The notes: a model not told the origin generated them from the letters alone. Positions 26,001 to 35,892 are shown, counted from the first letter of the stretch. The stretch is 64,000 nucleotides of DNA from Candidatus Saccharimonadota bacterium (GCA_003979185.1 RYWJ01000002.1:4650-68649); one strand, 5' to 3'. A program made the numbers and translations.

Positions 26001-26303
26001 ATGGGGAAAAGCCAGAACGTTAACGTTGGTAGCTATTTAGCTACCTTAAGAAATAACGTTAACGTTAAGAAAGAACAGGTTAAAGCTAGAAAAGCTCATG
26101 AAAAGCGTATAGTAGATAGCATTATCAACAAACTTGGCTCAGCTGCCAAAAAGGATGAAGCTTATTGGCATAAATGTGCTAAGTGCTTATCGCAAGATCA
26201 AATAGAGCATGGCATAGAAATTGCTACGGCTAAAAAGCCTTTTGGTATTCAGAGAGTACGCTATTTAGGGGGAATTTACGCCAATATGATGCGTCAGTTG
26301 TAA
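26001..26303 (+). CDS. Hypothetical basic protein upstream of the integrase
   Basis: GGAGG RBS. 100-aa Lys/Arg-rich protein. No motif recognised. Confidence 0.35.
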   Translation: MGKSQNVNVGSYLATLRNNVNVKKEQVKARKAHEKRIVDSIINKLGSAAKKDEAYWHKCAKCLSQDQIEHGIEIATAKKPFGIQRVRYLGGIYANMMRQL

Positions 26304-26356
26304 ATAACCGTCCTATCCCCACTTATTAACTTAATGGGTGGGGGAGGAGTTTCTAA

Positions 26357-27271
26357 ATGCCATATAGGCTAGAAAAATATAATATTAGTCCCAATAAACC
26401 AATTTATCATCAGGCTAAGCACTATTACGAGTTATGTGAGCTTGAGTGGAACTTTACCAAACAGACTATGGAAAATAAAATAAATTCGTTAAATCACTTC
26501 CTGAGATACTCTAGGTTAGATAGACTAGAAAACTTGACTAATGAGATGGTCACAGATTACATCAAAAGCCAAGCTGAGCGAGGCTTAAAACCAAGAACCA
26601 TAAATAATCGGACTAAACATATTCTAGCGATTGCCCGCTACTACATGGACTATGAGGATATGGAAATACCGAGATTCAGGGATCGGAAAATCAAGAAGCA
26701 GCACGAGGAACAGTCTGATAAACGCGCATTCTCACGTGATATAGTTTATGAAGCTTTAGCCTATGCCGATCGTGAAGCTTGGCTGCTTATTAAAATTGGA
26801 TTTGACTGTGGGCTTCGCATTAGCGAACTAAGAATGATGCACTTGAAAGACCTAGACGGCAATAGGCTTCTAGTACATGGTAAGGGGCGAAAAAAACGGT
26901 TTGCGATTCTGAATGATGAAACATTAGTGCGCCTGAAAGACTGGATAAATCAAAGGCATGTTACTACGCATATCTTTGAGAGTAACTATTCGGGTCACCG
27001 TGGCAGGCCAAAAAGCGGTCAAGCTCTACGCACGATCATGCGTAAACCATTTACGAAATGCGGGATAGTAAATGCTTGTCCACACGAGCTGCGCCACTCT
27101 TATGCTAGCGATTTGCTAGACCTTGGCGCGTCGGTTCGTAGCATACAACAAGCTCTAGGGCATAGTACAGAACGAATAACTGAGACATATCTGCATGAGC
27201 TTGTGCCTGGAAAAACGATGAAACAGCTTTACGATCTAAAATATTCCGCATCAGAGCCAAATTTGCGCTGA
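26357..27271 (+). CDS. int: Tyrosine recombinase / phage integrase
   Basis: Catalytic signature GLRISELR ... HELRHSYAS ... LGHSTERITETYLH (R...HxxR...H...Y). The N-terminal SAM-like core-binding region is present. Confidence 0.9.
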   Translation: MPYRLEKYNISPNKPIYHQAKHYYELCELEWNFTKQTMENKINSLNHFLRYSRLDRLENLTNEMVTDYIKSQAERGLKPRTINNRTKHILAIARYYMDYEDMEIPRFRDRKIKKQHEEQSDKRAFSRDIVYEALAYADREAWLLIKIGFDCGLRISELRMMHLKDLDGNRLLVHGKGRKKRFAILNDETLVRLKDWINQRHVTTHIFESNYSGHRGRPKSGQALRTIMRKPFTKCGIVNACPHELRHSYASDLLDLGASVRSIQQALGHSTERITETYLHELVPGKTMKQLYDLKYSASEPNLR

Positions 27272-27324
27272 AAACTAAGAGCCCCCAGTCCTATGGCTGG
27301 GGGCAAAAATAAGCAAAAAGATTA

Positions 27325-27353
27325 TTGACATTTTTTAGCTAGTGATATATAAT
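27325..27353 (+). promoter_or_regulatory. Consensus sigma70 promoter (TTGACA-17 nt-TATAAT)
   Basis: Read directly. It points into about 480 nt with no convincing ORF, followed by the Asn-rich fragment. Confidence 0.5.
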
Positions 27354-27892
27354 GAAAATATCAAGCAGTTTTACAAAACGAACCAATTGTCCTAGGTTAA
27401 TAGGAGTAGGGTATACTCCTTATGCCGCGGTTGTAAAGAAAATCTTTGAACACCACAAGGGTGTTACAACAATCTACTGGCGGACATGTCGTTCGTCGAG
27501 AAAGTACCTCATGGTGCTGTTTAATCCGACGAACTGGTCGATAAAAAAATCGACGACCGCAAAACATTGTAGATTATTGTAACATTATCAGTATAACAAA
27601 TCTTGATTCATTATGCAAATCAACTTTACCGACAAAAATAAAAATATAGAATATATAAAAAACACAAGTATTATATTATAATAAGAATATGGAGAATAAG
27701 CCTCCACGGGCTCGGACGGAAGTCACTGAGGTCAAGCTCCGGCAACCCGACGTACCCTATAATCTATAGGATTGTGAAGCTCTTCAACGCCGTGAAACAA
27801 ATCTCACTCAGCGTTGGTTAGTAGTATTGTATTTGGTCAAGGTCATTTGCAAGCGTAAAAGAGCTTCTTATCCCTATGCGGTAGATTGCTTC

Positions 27893-28070
27893 CCTTATGC
27901 CGGGAACGTCAACGATAGCGCTCTTAACAATGTCGGCTCCAACGGTAGGTATTGGTCACGTACTGCCAACTCTACCAACAACGCATACAACCTGAACTTC
28001 AATAGTACCAATGTTAACCCGGCCAACAACAATAGCCGTTACAACGGTTACTCCGTACGCTGCGTCGCCG
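27893..28070 (+). other. Start-less C-terminal fragment of a FISUMP/DUF1566-type (C-type-lectin-like) domain, AAC/Asn-rich, resembling a DGR template or variable repeat
   Basis: Translation PYAGNVNDSALNNVGSNGRYWSRTANSTNNAYNLNFNSTNVNPANNNSRYNGYSVRCV. The frame is closed at 27767 and has no ATG. Seventeen of 54 codons are Asn, 13 of them AAC, in an AT-rich genome. A GC-rich string CGTACGCTGCGTCGCCG sits at the 3' end. Confidence 0.5.
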
Positions 28071-28096
28071 TATTCCAATCCTATAATCCATCAAAG

Positions 28097-28132
28097 AATC
28101 TAGTGGTCTTAATACGAGCTGCTAGATTTTTT
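28097..28132 (+). terminator. Weak terminator-like hairpin after the Asn-rich fragment
   Basis: AATCTAG-18 nt-CTAGATT followed by TTTT. The loop is large. Confidence 0.3.
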
Positions 28133-28202
28133 CAAAGTTTAGTGGACCCGAAAAACAGACCCAAAATATAATTTTACCAATAAGCTTACTAAGTATAGTA
28201 TA

Positions 28203-28499
28203 ATGGATAATATGGAAGTTAATCAGGATACTATTGCGCACCTTGCTAAGCTGTCGGATTTTGCCTTGACCGAAGATGAAAGTGTGCGCTTAGAAGCAGA
28301 TATTAACGGGATCGTTAATTATATTTCGCAGCTAGATGAGCTCGATACAACTGGCGTTGAGCCGACTTATCAAGTTTTCGAGATGGAAAATATTTGGCGC
28401 GAGGATGAGATTTTGCCACAAGAAGCCGATCGAGAAGCTTTGCTGGGACTAGCAAAAGAAGTAAAAGATAACCAAATCAAAGTGCCGAAGGTGCTATAA
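28203..28499 (+). CDS. gatC: Asp/Glu-tRNA amidotransferase subunit C
   Basis: GatC-like sequence (IAHLAKLS...LTEDE...I.NYISQLDELDT.GVEPT). TATAAT lies just upstream, so the true start may be the ATG at 28212 (leaderless). Confidence 0.9.
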   Translation: MDNMEVNQDTIAHLAKLSDFALTEDESVRLEADINGIVNYISQLDELDTTGVEPTYQVFEMENIWREDEILPQEADREALLGLAKEVKDNQIKVPKVL

Positions 28500-28509
28500 G
28501 GGACTAAAG

Positions 28510-29943
28510 ATGAAAACTGCGAGTAAAGATATAAGTGCAATGACCCTGGTCAAAGAGGCTTTAACTAAGGCTCATCAGTATCAGGAACAGTATCATATTT
28601 TTAATTATTTCAACGACACTGAGGCAATCAGGAAGGCGGCGGAGATTGACGAGCGAATTAAACGCGGAGAGAATGTAGGTCGTTTGGCGGGCGTGCCTTA
28701 TGCCCTGAAGGACAACTTCTTAAGTCCTGAGGGGGAAACTACGGCTTCTGCGCATATTCTAGAGGGTTTCACTAGTCCAGTAACTGCGACGGCGGTGAAG
28801 AGATTGGAGGATGAGGGGGCGATTATGATTGGTCGTACCAATCTTGATGCTTTTGCTCATGGATCCTCTACGGAGAATTCTTACTATGGTCCGACCAAGA
28901 ACTCTAAAGATTTGGAACGGGTAGCAGGTGGCAGCTCGGGTGGCTCGGCTGTAGCGGTAGCTTTGGGTATTGTGCCTTTTGCGACTGGCACTGATACTGG
29001 CGGTTCGATTCGTCAGCCAGCCTCCTTTAATGGTGTTTATGGGTTGAAACCAACTTATGGTACGATTTCGCGTTATGGTGTGGTCGCAATGGCTTCATCG
29101 ACAGATTGCGTTGGATTCTTTACCGAAAATCCTGAAGATATGGATTTGCTGATGAAAGTAACAGCTGGTCAGGATCCAAATGATATGACTACCTTGCCAG
29201 ATTTCTACGATCGGGAAGAAAAGTTTGATGATCCTATTAAGAAGATTGGGGTCATCAAAGATTTTGATAATGAAGCTGTCAGTCCGGAAATCCGCACTTG
29301 TCTTAGTCGCGAAATTGAGAAGCTCAAGGCGGCTGGACATGAAATAGTTGAGTTAAATATGCCAGCGTTAAAGTATGCTTTAGCGGCCTATTATATTATT
29401 ACTCCTGCTGAAGTAGCTAGTAACCTTTCGCGGCATGATGGTGTGCGTTATGGTTTCCGCAGTGAGAATGTGCAGACCTTGGATGAGTTGTATAATAACA
29501 CTCGCAATGAGGGATTCATGCCAGAGAATAAGCGACGAATTATGATCGGTAACTTCGTTTTGTCTGCTGGTTTTTACGACGCATATTATTTGAAAGCTGC
29601 AAAGGCACGAACTTTGATCATTCAGGAGTACGCACAGGCTTTTGAAAAGTGCGATTTGATTTTGACGCCAGTTAGTCCGAATCCGGCGTTTAAGCTAGGT
29701 GAAAAGGTAGATAATCCAGTGGCGATGTACTTGGAGGATATGATGTCGGTTTCTTTGAATCTGGCTGGCTTGCCAGGCTTAGCTATTCCGGTAGGAGAAA
29801 CGACTAATGGGCTCAGCCTAGGCTTGCAGTTGGTAGGTCCACGAAGAAGCGACCAAGAGCTGATCAACTTTGCCAAGCGAATGCGGGGTGATCATGAATC
29901 GGCTGAGGATGAACACGTAGATCTCATGGGAGGGAATGATTAA
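28510..29943 (+). CDS. gatA: Asp/Glu-tRNA amidotransferase subunit A
   Basis: Amidase signature (GGSSGGSAVAVA, GTDTGGSIRQPA). Confidence 0.95.
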   Translation: MKTASKDISAMTLVKEALTKAHQYQEQYHIFNYFNDTEAIRKAAEIDERIKRGENVGRLAGVPYALKDNFLSPEGETTASAHILEGFTSPVTATAVKRLEDEGAIMIGRTNLDAFAHGSSTENSYYGPTKNSKDLERVAGGSSGGSAVAVALGIVPFATGTDTGGSIRQPASFNGVYGLKPTYGTISRYGVVAMASSTDCVGFFTENPEDMDLLMKVTAGQDPNDMTTLPDFYDREEKFDDPIKKIGVIKDFDNEAVSPEIRTCLSREIEKLKAAGHEIVELNMPALKYALAAYYIITPAEVASNLSRHDGVRYGFRSENVQTLDELYNNTRNEGFMPENKRRIMIGNFVLSAGFYDAYYLKAAKARTLIIQEYAQAFEKCDLILTPVSPNPAFKLGEKVDNPVAMYLEDMMSVSLNLAGLPGLAIPVGETTNGLSLGLQLVGPRRSDQELINFAKRMRGDHESAEDEHVDLMGGND

Positions 29944-30362
29944 TGTGGCCGCAAATGATTTTCTTAGTGATTGCGATTATCGCGGTAGCTCTGTTGGCTC
30001 TCGTGGCAATGGTCTTAGGAGGAAAACATCGTCATGAGTTTGATGTACAAGCTTATCAAACTCGCTGGTTGAAAATTGAAAATGGCTTAAATAAGACTAA
30101 TCAATCCAGCTATAACTTTGCAGTCTTGGAAGCTGATAAACTGTTGGGATGTGCGCTAGAAGAGATGGGCATCCCCGGTAAGACGATGGGTGAGCGGTTA
30201 AAGAGAATCGGTGATGGTCTACCAAATATTAGCCGAGTATGGTATGCGCATCGTCTGCGCAATCAGATTGCTCACGAAAGTGATTTTCGTTTGAAGTATG
30301 ACCAAGCGCGACAGGCATTGTCGATTTTTAAGCAAGCATTAAAAGATTTAGGAGCGATTTAG
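29943..30362 (+). CDS. Membrane-anchored protein with HEPN-like RxxxxH motif, inserted between gatA and gatB
   Basis: N-terminal TM helix. The C-terminal helical domain carries WYAHRLRNQIAHE (R-x4-H). The ATG overlaps the gatA stop, and its own stop abuts the gatB ATG. Confidence 0.4.
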   Translation: MWPQMIFLVIAIIAVALLALVAMVLGGKHRHEFDVQAYQTRWLKIENGLNKTNQSSYNFAVLEADKLLGCALEEMGIPGKTMGERLKRIGDGLPNISRVWYAHRLRNQIAHESDFRLKYDQARQALSIFKQALKDLGAI

Positions 30363-31856
30363 ATGGTAGGAAAGACAAAATACATTCCAACGATTGGTAT
30401 TGAGTGTCATGTGCAGCTGTCTACTAAGACCAAGCTATTTTCGGAAGTTGATAATGACGCGCGCCAAAAGTCGCCAAATTCTTGTGTGTCGCCAGTGGAT
30501 TATGGTTTGCCTGGTATGTTGCCACGTCTGAATAAAGCCGCAGTGCGTTATGCGGTGCGAGCTGGGTTGGCCCTAAATTCTAAGATTAACTTAGAAAGTC
30601 GGTTTGATCGCAAACATTATTTTTATCCGGATTTGCCAAAAGGTTATCAGACGACGCAGCTTTTTTACCCGATTATTGGCGAAGGCTATGTGGAATTGCC
30701 TAGTGGTGGCAAGGTACGTATTGAGCATGCGCATTTGGAGGAGGATGCTGGAAAGCTCAGTCACGAGAATGGTGATTCGTTGGTCGATCTTAATCGAGCG
30801 GGTACTCCTTTAGTCGAAATTGTTTCTATGCCAGACATCCATTCAGCGGTCGAGGCTCGTGAATACACTAAGGAGCTTTGGCGTTTAATGACCTACGCTG
30901 GGGTGACTTTTGGTGATTTGTATAATGGCAACATGCGTTTTGATGTCAATATCAGTATCGCGCCAGAAGGCAGCGATAAGTTGGGTACGCGCGCTGAAGT
31001 AAAGAATCTAAATTCTTTCCGCAGTGTAGAGCGTGCAGTCGAATACGAAATCAAGCGACAGGCAAGGTTGCTTGATAAGGGGGAAGTAGTAGTACAAGAA
31101 ACACGTGGTTGGAGCGACGCTACTGGTGAAACTACTTCGCAGCGCAGCAAGGAAGAAGCGCAAGATTATCGCTATATGCCGGAGCCAGATATTCCACCAA
31201 TTCGCTTGACCGAAAAAGATGTTGTCGAACAGAAGGCTTTGATGGGTATACCACTTTGGATTTATCGTTCGTTCTTGAGAAAGTTCCTCTCCGAGGATAT
31301 TGTGGAAGTCCTGTTGGACTATAAAAATCTAACCGACGCACTATTCCAGTTAAATTCGTACTTATGTGACGCTATGAACCTAACTGATGAAAAACCTGCC
31401 ACCAATGATCAACGCAAAGTTCTCAGTTCCAAGCTGAAAAAGATCGCCAACTTGTTCAGCAGTGTATTGTTGGCCGAGGAAAATTCCAGCCTACTTAATG
31501 ATGAATTACCCACTAGCGAACAGCTTAATACTCTCGTCGAGATGAATGAGAAAAACGAACTTTCCAGTACTGGTATGAAAGAGGTCTTTATTAAGTTCTT
31601 TGATCCAGAAATGCACTTTAAGGACACTCGTACCATCGCCAAAGAGCTTGGTGTGGTGCAGGAGAATGATTTGGGCGAACTTGAGAAAATTGTCGATGCA
31701 GTGCTAGCAAAGCCAGAAACCCAGAAAGCTCAAGAGGACTTCAAGGCTGGACAGGAAAAAGTCCTAGGTTTCTTAGTTGGTCAGGTGATGAAAGAATCCC
31801 GTGGCAAGGCTAATCCGTCGGCTGTACAAGATATTTTACGCCAGAAATTGCAGTAA
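30363..31856 (+). CDS. gatB: Asp/Glu-tRNA amidotransferase subunit B
   Basis: GIECHVQL, KHYFYPDLPKGYQ and a C-terminal YqeY-like tail. Confidence 0.95.
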   Translation: MVGKTKYIPTIGIECHVQLSTKTKLFSEVDNDARQKSPNSCVSPVDYGLPGMLPRLNKAAVRYAVRAGLALNSKINLESRFDRKHYFYPDLPKGYQTTQLFYPIIGEGYVELPSGGKVRIEHAHLEEDAGKLSHENGDSLVDLNRAGTPLVEIVSMPDIHSAVEAREYTKELWRLMTYAGVTFGDLYNGNMRFDVNISIAPEGSDKLGTRAEVKNLNSFRSVERAVEYEIKRQARLLDKGEVVVQETRGWSDATGETTSQRSKEEAQDYRYMPEPDIPPIRLTEKDVVEQKALMGIPLWIYRSFLRKFLSEDIVEVLLDYKNLTDALFQLNSYLCDAMNLTDEKPATNDQRKVLSSKLKKIANLFSSVLLAEENSSLLNDELPTSEQLNTLVEMNEKNELSSTGMKEVFIKFFDPEMHFKDTRTIAKELGVVQENDLGELEKIVDAVLAKPETQKAQEDFKAGQEKVLGFLVGQVMKESRGKANPSAVQDILRQKLQ

Positions 31857-31869
31857 GTTTTGCTAGATA

Positions 31870-33528
31870 ATGTCTAGGGAATTTGCTAGTGTCGAAGAGT
31901 TCAAAGAGTGGTTTGAACAGCACGTTACGCTGGGAAGTAAACCTTATACCTTAGATTCCGATCAAGCTAGGGCGGTTTTGGACGACCATAAGAATACATT
32001 GGTGACGGCGCGAGCTGGCTCGGGCAAGACTCGAGTGATCGTGGCAAAGATTGCCTATTTGGTAGCAAATGGCTTGGCAGATTTGCACGAAACCGCAGCT
32101 TTTATGTTCAACCGAACGGCAGCCGCAGAAGTAAATGAGCGCATTGGTGCGGTAGCGGTTGATGGTGTAGAATTGAAGAATTGGTATGGTAAAGAGCAAC
32201 AGATTCGTGTTGCGTCAACCTTTCATAAATTTGCTTTGGATTTAGTTAAACTTAGTGGTGATTGTCCAGAACTGATTTCTGAAAGTGAGCGTAGTAAAAT
32301 CATCCATCAATCCTTGCAACATAAGTTGCGTCAGCAAAATCAATCGCTCACGCCGCAAAGGTATGAGGAATTGTTGCGGTTGGTGAGCAGCTTTATTTCA
32401 CGTGCAGGTCAGAAGTATGCTGGCAAGGATGGAGTGGAGGATCTACGCGAGGATGTGGAAGAGTATTGTCGTCAATACCAAGACCAAGAAGAATATCGGG
32501 AGCGTATACTGATCCATCAGCTTTGTCTGGCAACTTTCAATGATTATTTGCTAGCATTAAGACCACCAAAGATAGACTTTAATTTATTAATGTCGCAAGC
32601 CACGCAAATTCTGCAAAGTCCAGCAGGGCATGGTGCGGTCTTAAAAAAGGTGGCCCCACTTAAATATATTATGGTGGACGAATATCAAGATTTCTCCTTT
32701 CTATTTTTCAGTATTATCCAAGCGCTGCGAGGAGTTTGTCCGAAGGTGCACCTCTTTGCAGTAGGTGATGATTGGCAAGCGATTAATCGTTTTGCGGGGT
32801 CAGACGTAAATTATTTTATTAATTTTGCGGATTATTTTTATGAAGATAACGTCAATATCCCACTAATGACAAATTATCGGAGTGATAGACAGATCGTAGA
32901 AAATGCCAATGAATATATGTTAAAATATTACAATCCTCAAGCGCGAAGGGCGATACCTTTTAGTAAAAAGCGGGGTAAGATTAAGCGTGTCAATCCCGCT
33001 AAAACTAAATTTGATAAGAGCGATATATACGAAGATGGCTTACATGATGCTAGATTTCGGCGTGCTTTAGCCCAAACTTGCGGTGGCAAAGCCCAAGCTT
33101 ATACAGAAGCAGCACAACTACTAAAAACAGTCTATAAGCTCATGCGCAAGCATAGAAAACAACAGATTTTATTACTTCATCGACACAATTTTACCTCTTT
33201 TCAAAATGTTACGCTGGATAGGTTTTTAGAAGCATTAAAAAATCTTGTGGTTGAACATGGGATTATGACTGAAAATCAATTCAAAGAGCGCGTACGCGGT
33301 ATGACGATGCATAAGTCAAAGGGTCTAGAATCAGACGTGGTGATTTTGCTAGAAGCGAATCGCGATCAAGTTTTAGCTCAGCATCACCATGCCGAAACCT
33401 TCACTATCTTTGGCGATTGTCGTGCATCGGAGAAAGCCGATCAACATCGGTTACTCTATGTAGCCTTGACACGCGCAAAACATAGGCTATATATTCTTAC
33501 TACCGATAAACGAAGCCCCCTAACTTAA
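31870..33528 (+). CDS. Compact UvrD/Rep-family (SF1) helicase
   Basis: Walker A ARAGSGKTRV, VDEYQDFS, MTMHKSKGLESD and LLYVALTRAKHRLYIL. Confidence 0.8.
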   Translation: MSREFASVEEFKEWFEQHVTLGSKPYTLDSDQARAVLDDHKNTLVTARAGSGKTRVIVAKIAYLVANGLADLHETAAFMFNRTAAAEVNERIGAVAVDGVELKNWYGKEQQIRVASTFHKFALDLVKLSGDCPELISESERSKIIHQSLQHKLRQQNQSLTPQRYEELLRLVSSFISRAGQKYAGKDGVEDLREDVEEYCRQYQDQEEYRERILIHQLCLATFNDYLLALRPPKIDFNLLMSQATQILQSPAGHGAVLKKVAPLKYIMVDEYQDFSFLFFSIIQALRGVCPKVHLFAVGDDWQAINRFAGSDVNYFINFADYFYEDNVNIPLMTNYRSDRQIVENANEYMLKYYNPQARRAIPFSKKRGKIKRVNPAKTKFDKSDIYEDGLHDARFRRALAQTCGGKAQAYTEAAQLLKTVYKLMRKHRKQQILLLHRHNFTSFQNVTLDRFLEALKNLVVEHGIMTENQFKERVRGMTMHKSKGLESDVVILLEANRDQVLAQHHHAETFTIFGDCRASEKADQHRLLYVALTRAKHRLYILTTDKRSPLT

Positions 33529-33787
33529 GTTTTTGATAGATAAACTACCCCTATCTTTTCATTATAGCACACTTTGTAATAAAAGTCAATAGTTTTACGC
33601 TATACTCTTGTAAAATTGACGATAATATGGAATTACCTCCTAGAAAAGTTGCCAAAAACCTCTATCAAAAAAGCTATTTTTATGCTAAAATAAAGAAAAG
33701 CCGATTTCTCTAAGGTGTTTTGAATTTTATATTTTCGAAGCATACTGCGAGTGTGGTCAAAATTAATTATTAAAAGGAAATGCTTTC

Positions 33788-35887
33788 ATGGCAAATGAAG
33801 TAAAAGATTTAGCAAAGCTGCGCAATATTGGTATTATTGCCCATATTGATGCGGGTAAAACCACTACTTCCGAGGCAATCCTCTACCGTACTGGTTTGAA
33901 ACACAAGATTGACCTTGTAAAAGGTGGTACTGGTGGTGCTACTACCGACTGGATGGAACAAGAAAAAGAGCGTGGTATTACCATTACCTCTGCAGCTGTG
34001 ACTACCTATTGGAAAGGTCACAAGATTAATATTATCGATACCCCAGGACACATTGACTTTACCGCTGAGGTGGAACGTTCACTACGCGTGCTTGATGGTG
34101 CAGTCGTGGTCTTCGACGGTAAAATGGGTGTAGAAGCTCAGTCGGAGACCGTTTGGCGTCAGGCTACTAAGTATGGCGTACCACGTGTCTGCTTTGTGAA
34201 CAAGATTAATCAGATCGGTGGTGATTTCTATAAATCTCTTGATAGTATTCACAAACGTTTGTCGAAGAATGCTGTAGCTATCCACTTGCCAATTGGCTTT
34301 GAGAAGGATATTTGCGGCGTAGTTGATTTGATCGATATGAAAGCTTATACTTACAAGGATTATGCTGATCACGAGTTGACTGTTGGCGATATTCCAGCTG
34401 ACATGCTTGAAAAAGCTAAGAATGCTCGCAGTATGCTGATCGAGGAAGCTGTGCAAGCTGACGAAGCTTTGATGGATAAGTTCTTCAATCAAGGTGAAGA
34501 GGCTATTACAGAAGTCGAGCTCAAAGCTGCTCTTCGTAAGCGTGTGCTTGATGGCGATTTCTTCCTCGTGACTGGTGGCGATGGCCGCGGTGTGATCGTG
34601 GAGAAAGTTCTTGATCTTGTAACGGATTATCTACCATCACCATTAGATCGTGATCAGGGTCAAACTGTTGGCGTTGATCCAAAGACTGGTAATCAAGCCA
34701 TCCGCAAAGCTAGCGACAGTGAGCCATTGACGGCTTTGGCTTTCAAAATCGCAACTGATCCATTTGTGGGTAAATTAATCTTCGTTCGCGTCTATGCTGG
34801 CAAGATGACCTCTGGTAGTACTGTCCTGAACGCTACAACTGGTGACAAGGAGCGTATTGGTCGTCTTGTTCGTATGTTCGCCGATAAGCGTGAAGAGATA
34901 TCAGAGATTACCGCTGGTGATATTGCTGCGGTAGTAGGCATGAAAGAGGTAACAACTGGTACGACGATTTGTGATCCAGCACATCCTATTCATCTTGAGG
35001 ATATTACTTTCCCAGATCCTCCAGTGTCAATTGCTGTCGAGCCAAAGACCAAATCCGATCAGGAAAAAATGGGTCTAGGTTTGCAGAAACTTGTAGAAGA
35101 AGATCCGACCTTGCGCGTGCATACTGATGAAGAAACTGGCCAGACTATTATTTCTGGTATGGGCGAATTGCACCTTGAAATCGCTATTGACCGTTTGCAA
35201 AAAGAGCATGGCGTTGAGGCTAATACTGGTGCTCCACAAGTCGCCTATCGTGAAACGATTCGCGGTACTGCCGAAGCTCAAGGTAAACACATTAAGCAGT
35301 CTGGTGGTCGTGGTCAGTACGGTGACGTTTGGGTGAAGTTTGAACCAAACGAGACTGGCAAGGGTTTTGAGTTTATCGATATGATTAAGGGTGGTGTAGT
35401 CCCACAGGAATATCGCAAACCAGTCCAGCAGGGTATTGAAGAGACTTTGAACGGCGGTGTGATTGCTGGCTATCCAGTTGTCGATGTGAAGGCAACTTTG
35501 TACGATGGTTCCTACCATGACGTTGACTCTAGCGAACTTGCTTTCAAACTTGCCGGTTCTCTTGCTACGCGCGAAGGTATCAAGAAAGCTCAACCAGTCT
35601 TGCTTGAGCCAGTTATGAAGCTAGAGATTACCACTCCAGAAGAATTTATGGGCGATGTGATTGGTGACATAAACTCCCGCCGTGGTCGCATTGATAGCAT
35701 GGAAGACTTAAATGGCGGGGCTAAGTTGATCAAAGCCTTTGCGCCGCTGGCAAACCTCTTTGGTTATACTTCAGATTTGCGTTCAATGTCACAAGGTCGC
35801 GCAGCGAGTTCGATGGAGTTGAGTGGCTATGAGGAAGTACCACCTAACGTAGCTAACGAGATTATCGAAAAACGCAATACAAAATAG
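33788..35887 (+). CDS. fusA: Elongation factor G (stand-alone, not in an rpsL-rpsG-fusA-tuf context)
   Basis: [21 protein letters not shown]-type G4 (NKINQ) and YHDVDSSE. Confidence 0.9.
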   Translation: MANEVKDLAKLRNIGIIAHIDAGKTTTSEAILYRTGLKHKIDLVKGGTGGATTDWMEQEKERGITITSAAVTTYWKGHKINIIDTPGHIDFTAEVERSLRVLDGAVVVFDGKMGVEAQSETVWRQATKYGVPRVCFVNKINQIGGDFYKSLDSIHKRLSKNAVAIHLPIGFEKDICGVVDLIDMKAYTYKDYADHELTVGDIPADMLEKAKNARSMLIEEAVQADEALMDKFFNQGEEAITEVELKAALRKRVLDGDFFLVTGGDGRGVIVEKVLDLVTDYLPSPLDRDQGQTVGVDPKTGNQAIRKASDSEPLTALAFKIATDPFVGKLIFVRVYAGKMTSGSTVLNATTGDKERIGRLVRMFADKREEISEITAGDIAAVVGMKEVTTGTTICDPAHPIHLEDITFPDPPVSIAVEPKTKSDQEKMGLGLQKLVEEDPTLRVHTDEETGQTIISGMGELHLEIAIDRLQKEHGVEANTGAPQVAYRETIRGTAEAQGKHIKQSGGRGQYGDVWVKFEPNETGKGFEFIDMIKGGVVPQEYRKPVQQGIEETLNGGVIAGYPVVDVKATLYDGSYHDVDSSELAFKLAGSLATREGIKKAQPVLLEPVMKLEITTPEEFMGDVIGDINSRRGRIDSMEDLNGGAKLIKAFAPLANLFGYTSDLRSMSQGRAASSMELSGYEEVPPNVANEIIEKRNTK

Positions 35888-35892
35888 TAAAA

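Larger units (their letters stand above)
1..27306. mobile_element. Integrated siphovirus-like prophage, left end outside the window, right boundary uncertain (27.3-28.2 kb)
   Basis: Continuous run of phage genes (terminase, capsid, portal, endolysin, tape measure) ending in a tyrosine integrase at 26357-27271. Housekeeping genes (gatCAB) start at 28.2 kb. No att repeat could be identified because the left end is off-window. Confidence 0.8.

Noticed and set aside
27272-27306. Hairpin GCCCCCAG-tcctatgg-CTGGGGGC after the integrase as an intrinsic terminator or att core
   Set aside because: It is followed by an A-run rather than a T-run on the plus strand, so it is not a canonical terminator for int. 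No second copy is visible in the window to support an att role. It is kept only as a possible boundary marker.
27352-27582. A 76-aa ORF and possible second, degenerate copy of the lectin-like repeat (shares CCTTATGCCG and a PYA...G...YW spacing with 27893-27960), that is, a TR/VR pair inside the window
   Set aside because: The ATG lies inside the predicted -10 box. My hand alignment gives about 50 percent DNA identity in the first 63 nt and near-random identity afterwards. The mismatches are not confined to adenines, so it is not a DGR VR/TR pair and probably not a real gene.
27711-27730. SRP RNA helix-8-like hairpin (CUC-G-GAC-GGAA-GUC-ACU-GAG with a GGAA tetraloop)
   Set aside because: The universally conserved internal-loop nucleotides of SRP domain IV are absent, so the resemblance is only a GNRA-type loop on a short stem. 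I could not match it convincingly to any riboswitch consensus (SAM-I, glycine, c-di-GMP) either.
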